Of a DNA stretch of 64,000 bases, positions 1 through 12,509 are shown one piece after another (within the stretch, counting starts at the first letter, position 1; each line of letters begins with the position of its first letter). Under the pieces are notes generated by a model, which did no database searches, had not been told where the DNA came from, and saw nothing but the letters and a program-made list of their open reading frames with translations. The stretch covers positions 62,001-126,000 of the forward strand of contig MU626292.1 in NCBI GenBank assembly GCA_025603075.1, read 5' to 3'. The translations under genes and the position numbers were made by a program. This stretch comes from Neoconidiobolus thromboides FSU 785 (taxonomy: Eukaryota > Fungi > Entomophthoromycota).

Positions 1-1212
1 TGGTTGTTTTTGATTTATGTAGTTTTAATAAATTATTAAAATCGAAAATATGATGTTTTAAATGATTTTTTTATCGTCTTTGTTCTATTTTCATTTGTTA
101 TTTTTTTAACTTTTCTTTTGCAAAACTGGCACCTCAGATGGTCTATTAGCTATAAAAAACTGAATATTAAAGCCAGTAAACTTTAAAGGTTAAGTTGCTG
201 CAATGGCATCCCGGAGATAAAAGATTGATTTGAGTTGGTTCTTTCAAAAAAAGGAAACAAAGAACCAACGCAAAGTTCATCTCAATTTGTTCTCCAGAGC
301 GTTGGTACCAGATAGTCTATTTTCATTAAAAAATAAACTTTGTACAGTTAGTTTTTAAGGTATTATTCATGAATTTAGATTTTAATTAATGTGTTAAGTT
401 TTATTTTTTTAAATTCTAAGAAATCAAAGGCTTGTAAGTGTTTTATTAATAGATGTAGAATAAATGTAGCCATGACGTAAAGTGGTGGGTAGGGAGCGAA
501 AAAGCAAGGAGAAGAAGTAGATTATCTTTATCAGGTGTTTTGTTTAAAAATTTAATATGAATTAATATTTAAATTTAAAAAACTCTATCTCAGACTTTAA
601 CTCAACTTACTTGTAGAATAATTTGAATAAGCCTTTGTTGAAATTTACTCAATTATAACATAAAGACAACCCAGTATTCTATCAAATACTGGCTTTAAAA
701 TCGATTTATTTTAACAAAAATGACAAAATAAATAAAGCTCATTAACCTTTAAAGATACTATCCCAGTGAATTAACATCAAAAATCGTGCGTTATTATTTC
801 GATAGTAGTAAATATCAAATGGCTTCTACAATTCAAATCTACCTTTTAACTTTTATTTGGAAATGTAAGGTAACATTTCAGTTTTATTTATCTTCGGATC
901 AAATAACAGATTATTGATTAATTATGCTAAATATCATTGTTGAATATCATCTCAAAAATATCCTTTAATAACCTAAAAATATTAGAAAAATTACGGTAAA
1001 AAGCGAAGAAGATTCATTCCTATATGATATTTTAAATAAAACTTACTTCGTAGGTATTCTTTAACAAAAAGATATATATTTTTTATCTCAATAAATAACT
1101 TTATCTATTAGTAATAATCCAAAATATGTTCTATATTCCATAGGAAAAGATATTTTTGATTCCCAAATTACTCTTGGTTTATTAATATATATCCTTAGTT
1201 TAAACGAATTTT

Positions 1213-2130
1213 TTAGTTCTTGTAACCACGAGAAGCACGACGACCACGAGCCTTTTCGAACTTACGGCCCTTAGAACGGACAAATGGTCTAAAAATATTA
1301 ATAAAAATTACAGTATATAATGAAATGTTCTTACTTAGCATGAGATTTAGGTACACCAGCAGCTCCGAAATGACGGACAGCTTCACGGGCGTTTTTACGA
1401 CCACGTAAGAGTAAGCAGTTGTTTCCTTTTGGAGCTCTAAGAGCGAGTTGGTCAAAAGTAAGACATTCACCACCAGCCTTTAAGATACGGGCACGAGCAG
1501 TTTTGGTGAAGTTAAGAGCACAGACGGTCATCTTTGGAACTTCTGGAAGACGTTCGTCATTGGTGATGGTACCAACAACAGTGATGATCTTGTTATCAAC
1601 TTTTTTGGTGTGTTTAACAATACGAGAGATTGAAACTGGTGGACGATTGACACGGGACATAAAAAGACGTCTCAATACAACTTTGTTGAAACGAGAGTCA
1701 GTACGACGAGCTAAGAAAGAGTAAAGCTATTGATTTGCTTAATTTTGTAATGTTTTAATTTTAGTTTGTAAATTACCTTGACAATAAGTCTGAGATATAC
1801 ATTCTTGCTCTTTGGGGCAGAACGGTGGTTTTTCTTAACGTGATGCTTCTTGATGTCAATACCCTAATTATCATAATTTAATTTTCATCCTAACTAAAAT
1901 TCTATTTTTTTTTTGAGATTTCTGTTTTATTTGTTTTTTCAATGATATGCATCCATTAAAATTTCTGTCACATGAGCGTTGTGTTTGTTTATACTCCTTC
2001 TTATTTTATCGCTTTTCTCTACTCATTTTGAATTTTTTACGGATGCTGATCTTCATTGTTGATTTTCATTTTATTATCTCTTTTATTATTTGACGCAATT
2101 TTATCCCTTAAATTTTAAACAACATACCAT
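1213..2130 (-). CDS. RPL18: 60S ribosomal protein L18 (eL18), 4 exons: 2128-2130 (ATG only), 1777-1863, 1335-1726, 1213-1288
   Basis: Spliced translation [60 protein letters not shown]...[16 protein letters not shown]; GT-AG introns at each junction. Confidence 0.97.
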
Positions 2131-2400
2131 TTTAACTAGTTATTTGATCAATATAAGATCGAAGAGAAGTGTTCACTGTTTTGAATACTATTGCTATAAG
2201 GTCACCAAGTAATTTGGTATTTCATTGGGCCAAAGTTCATTAAAAATCCCACATATTTAGATAATCCAAATTCAAATCCAATTACTTCAAATTAAACACT
2301 CGTTCCTAAGGACTCTAAGTTAGACTTAACCAATGAGCTTAAAAGATTATCTCCAACCTAAAAAGTTACTAAACTGAAGAGAAATCTACAAGTTTTCAAA

Positions 2401-2728
2401 ATGAAACAGAATTTAATCGGTTTAGTAGTAAGCACAGCTGCTCAAAAAACAATTAAAGTATGTGTACCAAGAGTTAAATTACATAGAATAGTTAAAAAGG
2501 TAATATGGTTTGATAGTAATTATATTTTTGAGTTTAATAATTATCTAGGAAATGGTAGTACACAAAAACTACGCCGTACATGATGAGCTTGAAAAATGTC
2601 AACTTGGAGATGTAGTTAGAATCCAAGCATGTCGACCAATAAGCAAAACAAAAGCGTTTGCTGTGGCTGAAATTGTCAAAAAAGCCGAAACTTATACAGA
2701 CCCAGAAAGTGGAGAAGTATTAAGATAG
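2401..2728 (+). CDS. MRPS17: Mitochondrial ribosomal protein S17 (uS17m), intron 2500-2548
   Basis: MKQNLIGLVVSTAAQKTIKVCV...HRIVKK|EMVVHKNYAVHDELEKCQLGDVVRIQACRPISKTKAF is the uS17 signature. Confidence 0.9.
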
Positions 2729-3612
2729 ATGTTTAAATAAATTTATGGATATTAATATTAGATCAGAGGTTTAATGAATAAAGACTATTTCACAGGTTTC
2801 ATATGTCCAGTTTTAGGTTTTTTTATTAATACCAGTATTATGCAAATATGTATTTAAACATAGTCATAGCAGGCTTTATATTATGAGCTTAGTTTGTTGA
2901 GTTTAAGTCACCTAATAAATGATGGCTAATTATAGTATTACTGTTACAAGTTTGTATATGACCTCCGGAAAATTATAATAAGACTTCTGTTCAACACAAT
3001 GTCCTTTATGGCCAACTTTAATAACGTTAATAAAGTTTTAGTATTACACATTATTGAATGAATCTTTCTGCTATATTCATACAAGACTAAATATGATTTA
3101 TCTCAGCTTAGTCTTGACTTTACTTGTAACGCTCTATTTTATTTAAAAAAACTGTATTTTAAAAGTTATGGAAGGAAATGTTTTTTGATTGTCAACTTAG
3201 CTATATTCTTTTAAAATTTTAAGCTCAAAAAGTGAACAAAAATTGAAATAAAAGAACACTTCCTATCTTTTTTGTTCACTAAGTTGAACTACAATAAATC
3301 TTCACCTTCTAAAGCGCGTTGTTCCTATTTCGCTATTACTTAACTGTGAATAATCAATATCTAAACCCGTTACTTGGTTCTAATAACGCAAGCTATCCTT
3401 AAACCCGCTTACAACCTATGAGCATTCAACTTCTTTTATATGCATTATTAAACCTAATCTACATTAAAATAATAACCTAAACACCAAAAAGTCCAATAAA
3501 AAACCTTTTAGCCAATGAAAATATGATTTTGAAATTGCTCTCCATAAATGGAAAGTTAGACGAATTTAAGATTTAAATTTGCTGTTTGATTTTGCTAAGA
3601 AAGATTGGAGAG

Positions 3613-6600
3613 ATGTACAATCAAAACGACATAATTGATTTGACTTTAGATAACGATGACCACACAATTTTAATAGAAGAGAGTCATGATCAGATGAGCC
3701 GGAATTCAACTGGGAGCTCTACTAAGGAGGTGGTGATTTCAGATAAGCAAGTCAATGTTATTGATCTTTGTAATACAGATGATGAAGAAATTAAGACAGT
3801 ATCTGATAGCTATAAAACTGTAGTAAGTATACATTAGCTTATTTTATAGCTAATAATTAAATTTTTAGCTTGATATATATAATAAAGCGACATTAAAAGA
3901 AAAGCTTTATGGACAGGATTCTCATCAGGCATCGCTAAGCAGAAATGTACAAAATACAGCGTATTTTTATTTGAGATATGGCTTTCTTAAGATTAATTGT
4001 ATAATAGTAATTTAGATTCAATAGTTGGGTACCAAAGTTCATCAGTGAACGGTACTTTTGGTCCTAAAATAAGTTATGGACTGGTACCCTTTGGACAAAG
4101 GTAGCTTTTGTTAACAGATTTGTTAAATATCTGATTCATTTTTTAAACAGAGGAAAGCTCAATCGCGACATGAATAAAAGCTCTAAACAAAAAAACTCAA
4201 CAGGGATCCAACTTACTTTCTTTGATCAGGCAAAATTAGTAAATGACAGAGAAGGGTTTTTAAAAGAACTTAAAGAAAGAGAAGAACAAAGTAAACTATT
4301 AATATACCTAGTGTATTTAATTATTAATAAGTTTAGAATATTCGATGGCCATAAGACCACAGGAAGATATGGAAAACATTTATAAATCCTTATTGACGGG
4401 TATTAATGAAAAAGTAAATCTTGAATTAACGAGAGAAGAAACACCCACATACTTGAACATAAAATTGTTGGAACACCAAAGGGTAGGGTTAACCTGGATG
4501 TTAAAAATGGAGAACAGTGACTTAAAAGGTGGTTTATTATCTGATGAGATGGGGCTTGGAAAAACAATTCAGTCTCTAGCCACCATTGTTAAGCAAAAAG
4601 AATCACCGATAATCCCATGTAGAACACTTATTGTAGCTCCTTTGGCATTGATTTATCAATGGCAGCAAGAGATTTTAGAAAAAACGAAAAAAGGGCTATT
4701 GAGGGTAGTGGTTTACCATGGCACTCAAAAAATAAAGAGCCCAGAGATATTGAAAGGCTACGATGTAGTTTTAACTACATATAGTACTTTAGCTAATCAA
4801 TATAAGCCTTTCAAAGAAGATCAGGACAAAGATATTCCCATATATTATAATAAGAAACAATATCCACTCTACACAATTAAATGGAATAGAGTTATCCTGG
4901 ATGAAGCACACACGATTAAGAATCGTAATACAGGTGGATCTAAAGCTTGTTGTGCTCTTAGGGCTAAGTACCGTTGGTGTTTATCAGGTAGTTGATGGTT
5001 TTATAGAAATAACACATGTATTTAATTTGTATTAGGCACCCCTATACAAAATAGTTTAGATGATCTTTATCCCATATTGAAATTTTTGAGAGTAAAGGTA
5101 ATAAGCTTTATTAATAAATAGATAAGATAGTTGATGATTATTCTTAGCCATATACAGATTGGTTTTCATTTAATAAGGATTTTAATCTCAATCCCAAAAA
5201 AAAACATTCAACTGAAAATTTTGTTAAGATTAGAACTATATTAGAAGGTAATAGTTTATACTCATTTGCTATCAAACTTGTAATTAGTTTAAAATTAGCT
5301 ATCAGCCTAAGGAGATGTAAAGATAGTATGATTGATGGAAAAGCAATTCTAAACCTCCCGGAAAAAGTACAAGAAACAGTAGAAGTTCTTTTTAGCCCAG
5401 AAGAAAAAAAGTATTATGAATCTGTAGAAAAGAAAACTCAATCGAAATATAACTCACTTCTTAAAAGACGAGTAAGACCAAGCATGATTGGTATTTTAGT
5501 GCTCCTATTGAGATTGCGTCAAGTTTGTACCCATCCTAAATTGACCATTGGTGATTATGAAAAAAATTTGGAGGAAGAAGCAATGCTGAATGAGATTGAT
5601 ACTGATCTTGATGAATTTAACAAAACTGGGATATATTTTCCTGCTGCTAAAAAAGCTATTAAAAAATGCCATATATGTAAAGAAAAGTAAGTAGAATACC
5701 TATAAGATTTGAAGGCAATTAATACCAATAACTTATAGGAGTGATGACTATGAGACAAATGAAGAATGTGAGCATAAAGTTTGTAAAGCATGTTTAAATA
5801 GTAATTTGTTAAGGGTTCATAATATATTATTATTAACTTGTATGAATTAGATTATAGAATGGTGTTAAATAGAACAGCATGTAGTAAATGCCAGTAAGTT
5901 CAATTCTATAAGGTTTTCAAATATTATTTATCATTTTAGTCATAAATCCAAAGTGTTAAATGACAAGAAAACAGGTATCATAACTAAAGATATTAGCTTA
6001 AATGGATTATCTTTAGATGATAAAAGCGATTTGGATCTAAATATGGACGATGGGGAAGAAATGTCAGAAGAAGACAAAAAAATGAATCTAGCGTTATTTG
6101 AATCCTCCACGAGCGCAAAGATCAATAAATGCGTTGAAATTTTGCATCAAATCAAGGCAAAAGATGGTAATAAAAAGACCATTGTTTTTACTCAGTTCAT
6201 AACTGTATTTAAAATAATGATGCCATTTTTGCTAGAAAATGGATTTACTTGTTTTACCTATGATGGCTCAATGAATATCAGTCAAAGGGAAAAATGTATT
6301 GATCAATTTAATAAGTACCCATCTGGGTGTATCTTGCTTATGTCTTTAAGGTGTGGTTCGGTGGGATTGAATTTAACTAGTGCCAATTGGTATGTAGCTT
6401 TTAATATGTTATTATAACTTTAGTAATGTTATTTAGTGTTATCTTTATGGATTTGTGGTGGAACCCAGCGATCGAAAACCAAGCTATGGACAGAGTAAAT
6501 CTATTCACCATTTAACAGGAGCAAATAATTTATTAATTTTTAGGTACATCGTATTGGACAGCGCTCAGGTGTTGAAGTATATAAATTAGTGGTCCCGGGT

Positions 6601-7287
6601 ACAGTGGAAGATCGCATATTAGCTTTACAGGAGACAAAGCAATCTTTGTTTGATGGGGCTTTTGGTAAAGATGGTATGGGTCAAAGCAAATCATCTAGAT
6701 TAACTCTAAATGATTTGAAGTTTTTACTTGGTGTTGGGACAAAACCTACAATTTCTACTAATAATAATACTAATAATACCCTCAATGAAAATGATATGAA
6801 TATACCTGGACACAAAATCTATTCTAGTAATCCGGATATACCTAGCCCTAATTTTATGGCTTCAGCTAGGGTTGTAACTAATCATAATAGTCCATATCAA
6901 ACTACTTCAGATAATATGAGTGAAACTTGGCCAAGGACTAATTCTGACAGCGTAATACGATTCAACTCAAATGTAATGTCAGGAACTGCTTCTAATAATA
7001 TTTTCCAGACTAATTCGAATCCTATAGTTGGGCCTAAAGATATGACAAATCCTAATAGTCTGTATCAAACAAGCTCAACCACTTCTGGAAATCATTTTAT
7101 TCAAGGAACTCAACAGTACCCGACTATGGCAAATAGCCTTAATCATGATGCCAATGGGATAGAATCGCTAGACACTTTAGGTCAGTTAAAGCGTGCTTAT
7201 TCTAACACTGAAATGAATGAGAGTATTGAGAAAGCGCAACCAAAAATGGCTAAAGCCAGCCAGGTTACAGTTATCGAGTTAGATTGA
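3613..7287 (+). CDS. SNF2-family ATPase with internal RING finger (Rad5/Rad16/Uls1-Rrp1/2-like), multi-exon
   Basis: GGLLSDEMGLGKT (motif I), VILDEAH (II), RWCLSG|TP (III), LRLRQVCTHP, split C3HC4 RING (CHIC...CEHKVCKAC...CSKC), SLRCGSVGLNLTSAN, WWNPAIENQAMDR|VHRIGQ. Confidence 0.92.
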
Positions 7288-8061
7288 GTTGTTTGTTAAT
7301 TGATGTATTAAATAGACAATCTGTTTTGTTTTGGCTTTTTATTTTTAGTATGTATCCCTTTCGAATGATTTAAAAAGAGTAAAGGGTAGCGTCCGATAGT
7401 TGCTAAAGGCCAGACTTGTATAGTATAATTAATCTTTTAGGTAAAAACAGATCTAGTCTTTTGAAGCAAACCCTAAGTATTTTTGCATGAAATTATTTGT
7501 AGTAATAAAGTTATTAACTACGAATTTTATTATGTAAATAAAGCTGAAACAGGATTATTTAACAAACATAATTTTATTTTATATTTAAAAGAATTGATTT
7601 GTTTTCAAGATTCATTTATATTTTCAGAAACAGTTAAAACATTCAATGGTAGCTCTGTTAAAAAGCTGGATTTAACTATAATTAATTAGATACCCCTTTT
7701 GTCCAAAAAAAGATTTTTTATTAAAAATTATATAATGAAAGATAAACTCAATAGGAAAAATACCATCAAAGGTTTTAAAGCTACTAAAATAAATAAATGA
7801 AAAACTATCAAACTATATTACTAAATTATTTAATGTTAATAGTTTAACTTTAGTTTGTAAAAAAAGCATCCTCATATACTTAAACTAGATGCTAAACAAA
7901 TTCCTTTTAAACATGTTTATATAAAAAACATAACTGATCAGTTTCTTATTAATTATAAAAATCACTAGTTAATAAAGCTTAGGTTATCAACTTTAAAAAA
8001 TATATAGTTATTAAAAAGCTAAAAATAAAGATAATAATTTAATATCAAATTAGTTTAATAT

Positions 8062-8162
8062 TGGGGATGTTTTTTTTGGCTTCATTATTTTTTCCATCTT
8101 TTAAGCGCTATTTGGGTAGAAAAATTGTTAGCAAAATTCTCAAATACAAAAATACATCCCCA
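8062..8162 (+). mobile_element. 100-bp MITE family, copy A
   Basis: TGGGGATGT...ACATCCCCA with consensus core AAGCGCTATTTG..GAAAAATTGTTAG.AAAATTC; flanks AT/TA. Confidence 0.9.
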
Positions 8163-8193
8163 TATTATAAAGCTTTAAATTATTAACTTTATT

Positions 8194-8293
8194 TGGGGAT
8201 GTATTTTTGTATTTAAGAATTTTACTAGCAATTTTTCCACTTAAATAACGCTTAAAAGATGTAAAAATAATGAAATCAAAAAAAACATCCCCA
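8194..8293 (-). mobile_element. MITE copy B
   Basis: Full termini, reverse orientation, flanks TT/TT; about 3 mismatches versus copy C. Confidence 0.9.
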
Positions 8294-9044
8294 TTTTTTA
8301 ATTTTAAGTTTGATTTTTATGTTTAAACTTGATTTTAAAATGTTGAATTTTATTTTTATTTTTGCATGAATTTAAAACTAGACTTTGGCCCAGACAGAAA
8401 AAGTATAAGGTGATTTTATCCTTGACTGAATTTTAAAGCTTTTAAATATAAACTGACTAATAAAAAGCTTAATTAAGTTTATTAATTATATGTATATTAA
8501 AGCAAAAATATAGTTTTTATAAATCAGAACTATAAAATTTACAACTTATAAAAGTTACATAATTATTTAAAAAATTGAAGTTTTATAAAATTTAAAAACT
8601 AAGAGTTATTAATGATAAATCAATTTAATACAAATAACTGTTTTTTATAATCTGTAGAAATTATTCTAGTATATAAAATATAAAACATACATATATATTA
8701 TTGCTTTTTAACTCTAGCTTTATTTAATTTAATCTTTTAATTATATTCAATTTTATACAAAAATAAACAAACTATAAAAGTAGTGCATAAACAACTGATG
8801 ACATATTTAAATAGATTGTTTTTAGGATATCAAATCATATAATTTTCTGAACTAAAAACAAAAGTAAAAATAAAAAAATATGAACTATGTATAAATTTTT
8901 TTTGTTATTTTCATTAGGGTTATAAATTATTTTTATTTTCAAATAAACTTAAAAATAAACTCTTATTTTAATCCTTACAAAACACTAAAAAATGGCATAA
9001 AAAGCAAATGATGAAAACAATAAAATCTATTTCTCTAAAAATTC

Positions 9045-11346
9045 ATGGATTCAAACATTTCAAAAAATAATAACAAAAGCAAAAAGGGGTCTAAAAACAA
9101 TGAAAGAGATAGTAGAGAAGGCTCAATAGAGTCATCAGATTACCAACTACCACAAAGTTTTGGAAAAAAAGAAGAGAAAGTAGAAATTAATTTTAATCAA
9201 AATAAACGAACTGATAAAGAAATAAAAGAAACAAACATTCCAACTAAAAAAATAGAAAGTAGCGATGACTCAGACTCCAGCTCTGAAGAAGATGAAGACG
9301 ATTTACAACTCGACATTGCTGAACTCCCAATTACCCACGAAGCCACTTTGATGGGCCACGAAGGGGTAAGCCACATATCAAGTCAACAAATCACTATTAA
9401 ACTCCTATCTAGGCCGTTTCTGCTCTAAGCCTTGACCGTAGTGGGACTCGATTAATCAGTGGTAGCTACGACTCAAACATTAAATTATATGACTTTTCTG
9501 GTATGGACACAACCCAACGTAGTTTCAAAACATTCGAGCCAGTGGAAGGCCATCATATCCATGACTTAAAACACAGCCTGAGTGGAGATCTGTTTTTAGC
9601 AGTGACTAGTTGTAACCAAGTAAGATTATTTACAAGAGAAGGTGAGGAAAAAGGAGTATATGTGAAAGGGGATCCATATATCTTTGATTTAAGGAAGACA
9701 AATGGGCATGTAGCGAATTTAACTATGGTAGGGTGGCATCCATTTGAAAAGGACACATTTTTTACAGCGTGTAGGGATGGTTCTATCAGGTATGCAACAC
9801 TGCATTTTCAGTAGTAAAGTTTTTGATAAGTTTTAGGATATGGGACGTTAATACAAGACATAAGAGTAAGGATACTATATTATTAAACGGTAGAGGTAGT
9901 GGCAATCGACCAGCTATAACAGCAGCGGATTATTCTTTTGATGGGAAGTTAATTGCTGGAGGTAAGCAAATAGACATTACTAATAAATAAGCTAACTAAT
10001 TGATTAGCAAGTATCGATGGTGCCATTAACATCTGGCCAGCCAATGGACCGTATATAAGAACAAGTCATGTAAGTTAATTTATTGTTGAGCTTAATCATA
10101 TATATAAAATCTATTTAGTCAGTTAATAATGCCCACCAAATAGCTGCAGATACAAGTAGTATTTGTTTTTCAAAAAATAGTTATCATTTGGCAAGTCGAG
10201 GTGGAGATGATACAGTGAAATGTAATATTCAATATAACATAATATTTAAGTAAATAGACAATTAAAATATTCTTAGTATGGGATATACGTAGCTTTAAGA
10301 GCCCTCTTAAAGTGGCAGAAAATTTGCCTAATTATAACTCAGAAACAAGTTTGATTTTTAGTCCAGATGAAAAGTTCCTTTTAACTGGTAGATTTGATAA
10401 TAAACTATATTTTAGTATATACATTAACTATTTATTTAGGCACCGGAGCTGGTAGCGAAGATAGCTACGGTGAATTGATATTTTTGGATAAAACGAACCT
10501 AGAGCCCGTGAAAAGAACGAGTAAGTTCAGTAACAAAATAATGCTTTACATTGATTTTAATACAAATAGGTATCACCAAATCAAGTGTAATCAAAGTTTT
10601 ATGGCACCCTGGAATTAATCAGGTAAGTAGTTATGCCATTATTTAGAATGTAAAATTTTAAGCATAGCACTTTAGATTGTAACCGGAAGTGGAGATGGCT
10701 CCATTCATGTATTATTTGATCCCAATCGAAGTATCAAAGGAGCAAAATTATTCTTAAGTCGACAACCGCGTAAAAAGGATATTAGTGATATGGACATGAT
10801 GGGTCCAATCTTAACTTTATATGATGAGGAGCCTGAGCATCCTAACGCATCTAAGAATAGACTGAGAAAAGATCCCATCGCTACCAGAAGGCCAGGTAAC
10901 TATTAACTAGATCAATATAAAATAAATTCACTCATATGTTCATTAGATTTGCCTTCCACCGCACCTGGTAAGGGGATTAAAGTGGGCACCAACTATACCA
11001 ATCAGATGATGAAGCATCTTATTAAGGATACAACGAGAGGTAAGGAATAGACGTACAAAATATAAGGCATGTGTTAATTTAATTCGTTTAGATGAAGATC
11101 CACGTGAGGCATTATTAAAGTATGCTAAAGAAGCAGAAGGTAATCAATTTATCCATGTTTAAAAGTATTACTAACTGTTATATTTAGAAAATCCACAATT
11201 TGTTGGACAAGGTAAAACATCATTATATAATCATAGTAGCGGTATTAAAATTTATTTTAGCTTATTCAAAAACGCAACCTAAACCTATATTTGATGAGAG
11301 GAAAGATGAGATTGATGAGATAAGGGAAGTTAAAAGAAAAAAATAA
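9045..11346 (+). CDS. WDR70: WD40-repeat protein WDR70/GAD-1-like, multi-exon
   Basis: LPITHEATLMGHEG|AVSALSLDRSGTRLISGSYD, GDPYIFDLRKTNGHVANLT, C-terminal DEDPREALLKYAKEAE. Confidence 0.85.
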
Positions 11347-11512
11347 TTTAATAAAAATGGAGCTATTTCTTAAACGCTAGTATTAATTGACTATTTACAT
11401 TATTTCTGATAAGATTACATACCTTTTCTTTATCAAATTATGATACAAAATCTTTAAATCTTCAAAATTTCTTTATAATATTTACTTTTATTACGTTAAA
11501 GCCACATCAGTC

Positions 11513-12509
11513 TTAATTTTTTTGAGGTTTAGCTTCTGCTAAATTAAGTAAAAGTGAGTTTGAATCTAAGATAATAGAGTTGTTTGATTGAGATAATGTA
11601 GTTGCAATTTCACGCGCCGTTTCAATCTTTCTCAATTCTACAAAACCAGGCTTGTTCATAATAGCCTCACCAATAAGTTTAGCAGCTTCAGCCTCACCAC
11701 TAGCCTTAACAATGTTGGATTGTTTATCTTGAATAGCTTTTTCAACCACAAAAGCAGCTCTTTGGGCTTCTTGTTGAGCGACTTGCTTAGCTTCTACAGC
11801 ATGTGTGAATTCAGGACTGAAAGCAACATGAGTGATGGAAACATCATCAAGAATGAGGTTAAATCTCATAGCTCTAGAAGTTAAATTTTCTCTAACAAGC
11901 TTACTTACTTTATCACGTTGGGTAATCAATTGGGAAGCGTTAAATTGTGCCACAATAGACTTTAATACTTCATTAACAATACTTGGTAATACCTTTTCAT
12001 CATAATCTTGACCAAGGTTACGATAGATCGTTGGTAATTGCTCACTACTTGGTCTAGAAAGCACACGGCAAGTAATATTTACCATCTGTAAATCTGAGAC
12101 GTATTTTAGTCTTTTTCCACATTAATAAATTAACTGTCGTTTACCTTTAGTTCCTGTTAATGAAGGAATGCTTCTTGGTTTGGCACGAATGTCAAAATCA
12201 ATGGGAGTCTCAACCCAAGGCAAACGGAAATGTGTACCTTCACTATAAATATCAGGTTTTACTCCAGATATACGTGAATATTTAATAGCGCGATGACCAC
12301 CCTCAACTAATAGACATTAATAAATACAAAAAGTGAATGAATTAAGAAAAATAGATACCATTGAATAAACAGTTGGCTAAACCATAACCACCGACACCTA
12401 ATAAAATTAAACCAGCTCCAGATAAAAAGCCTCCATTGTTGTTGGAGTTTGGATTTGGCCTAGAGCGTTGAATGTTCTTGGCTACTTGACGTAAAAATTG
12501 GGAACTCAT
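11513..12509 (-). CDS. PHB2: Prohibitin-2
   Basis: SPFH domain: [44 protein letters not shown]-type motif, [25 protein letters not shown]; 2 introns. Confidence 0.95.

Noticed and set aside
120-330. Slightly GC-richer patch that might be an exon or ncRNA
   Set aside because: No coherent reading frame, splice model or snRNA/snoRNA motif recognised
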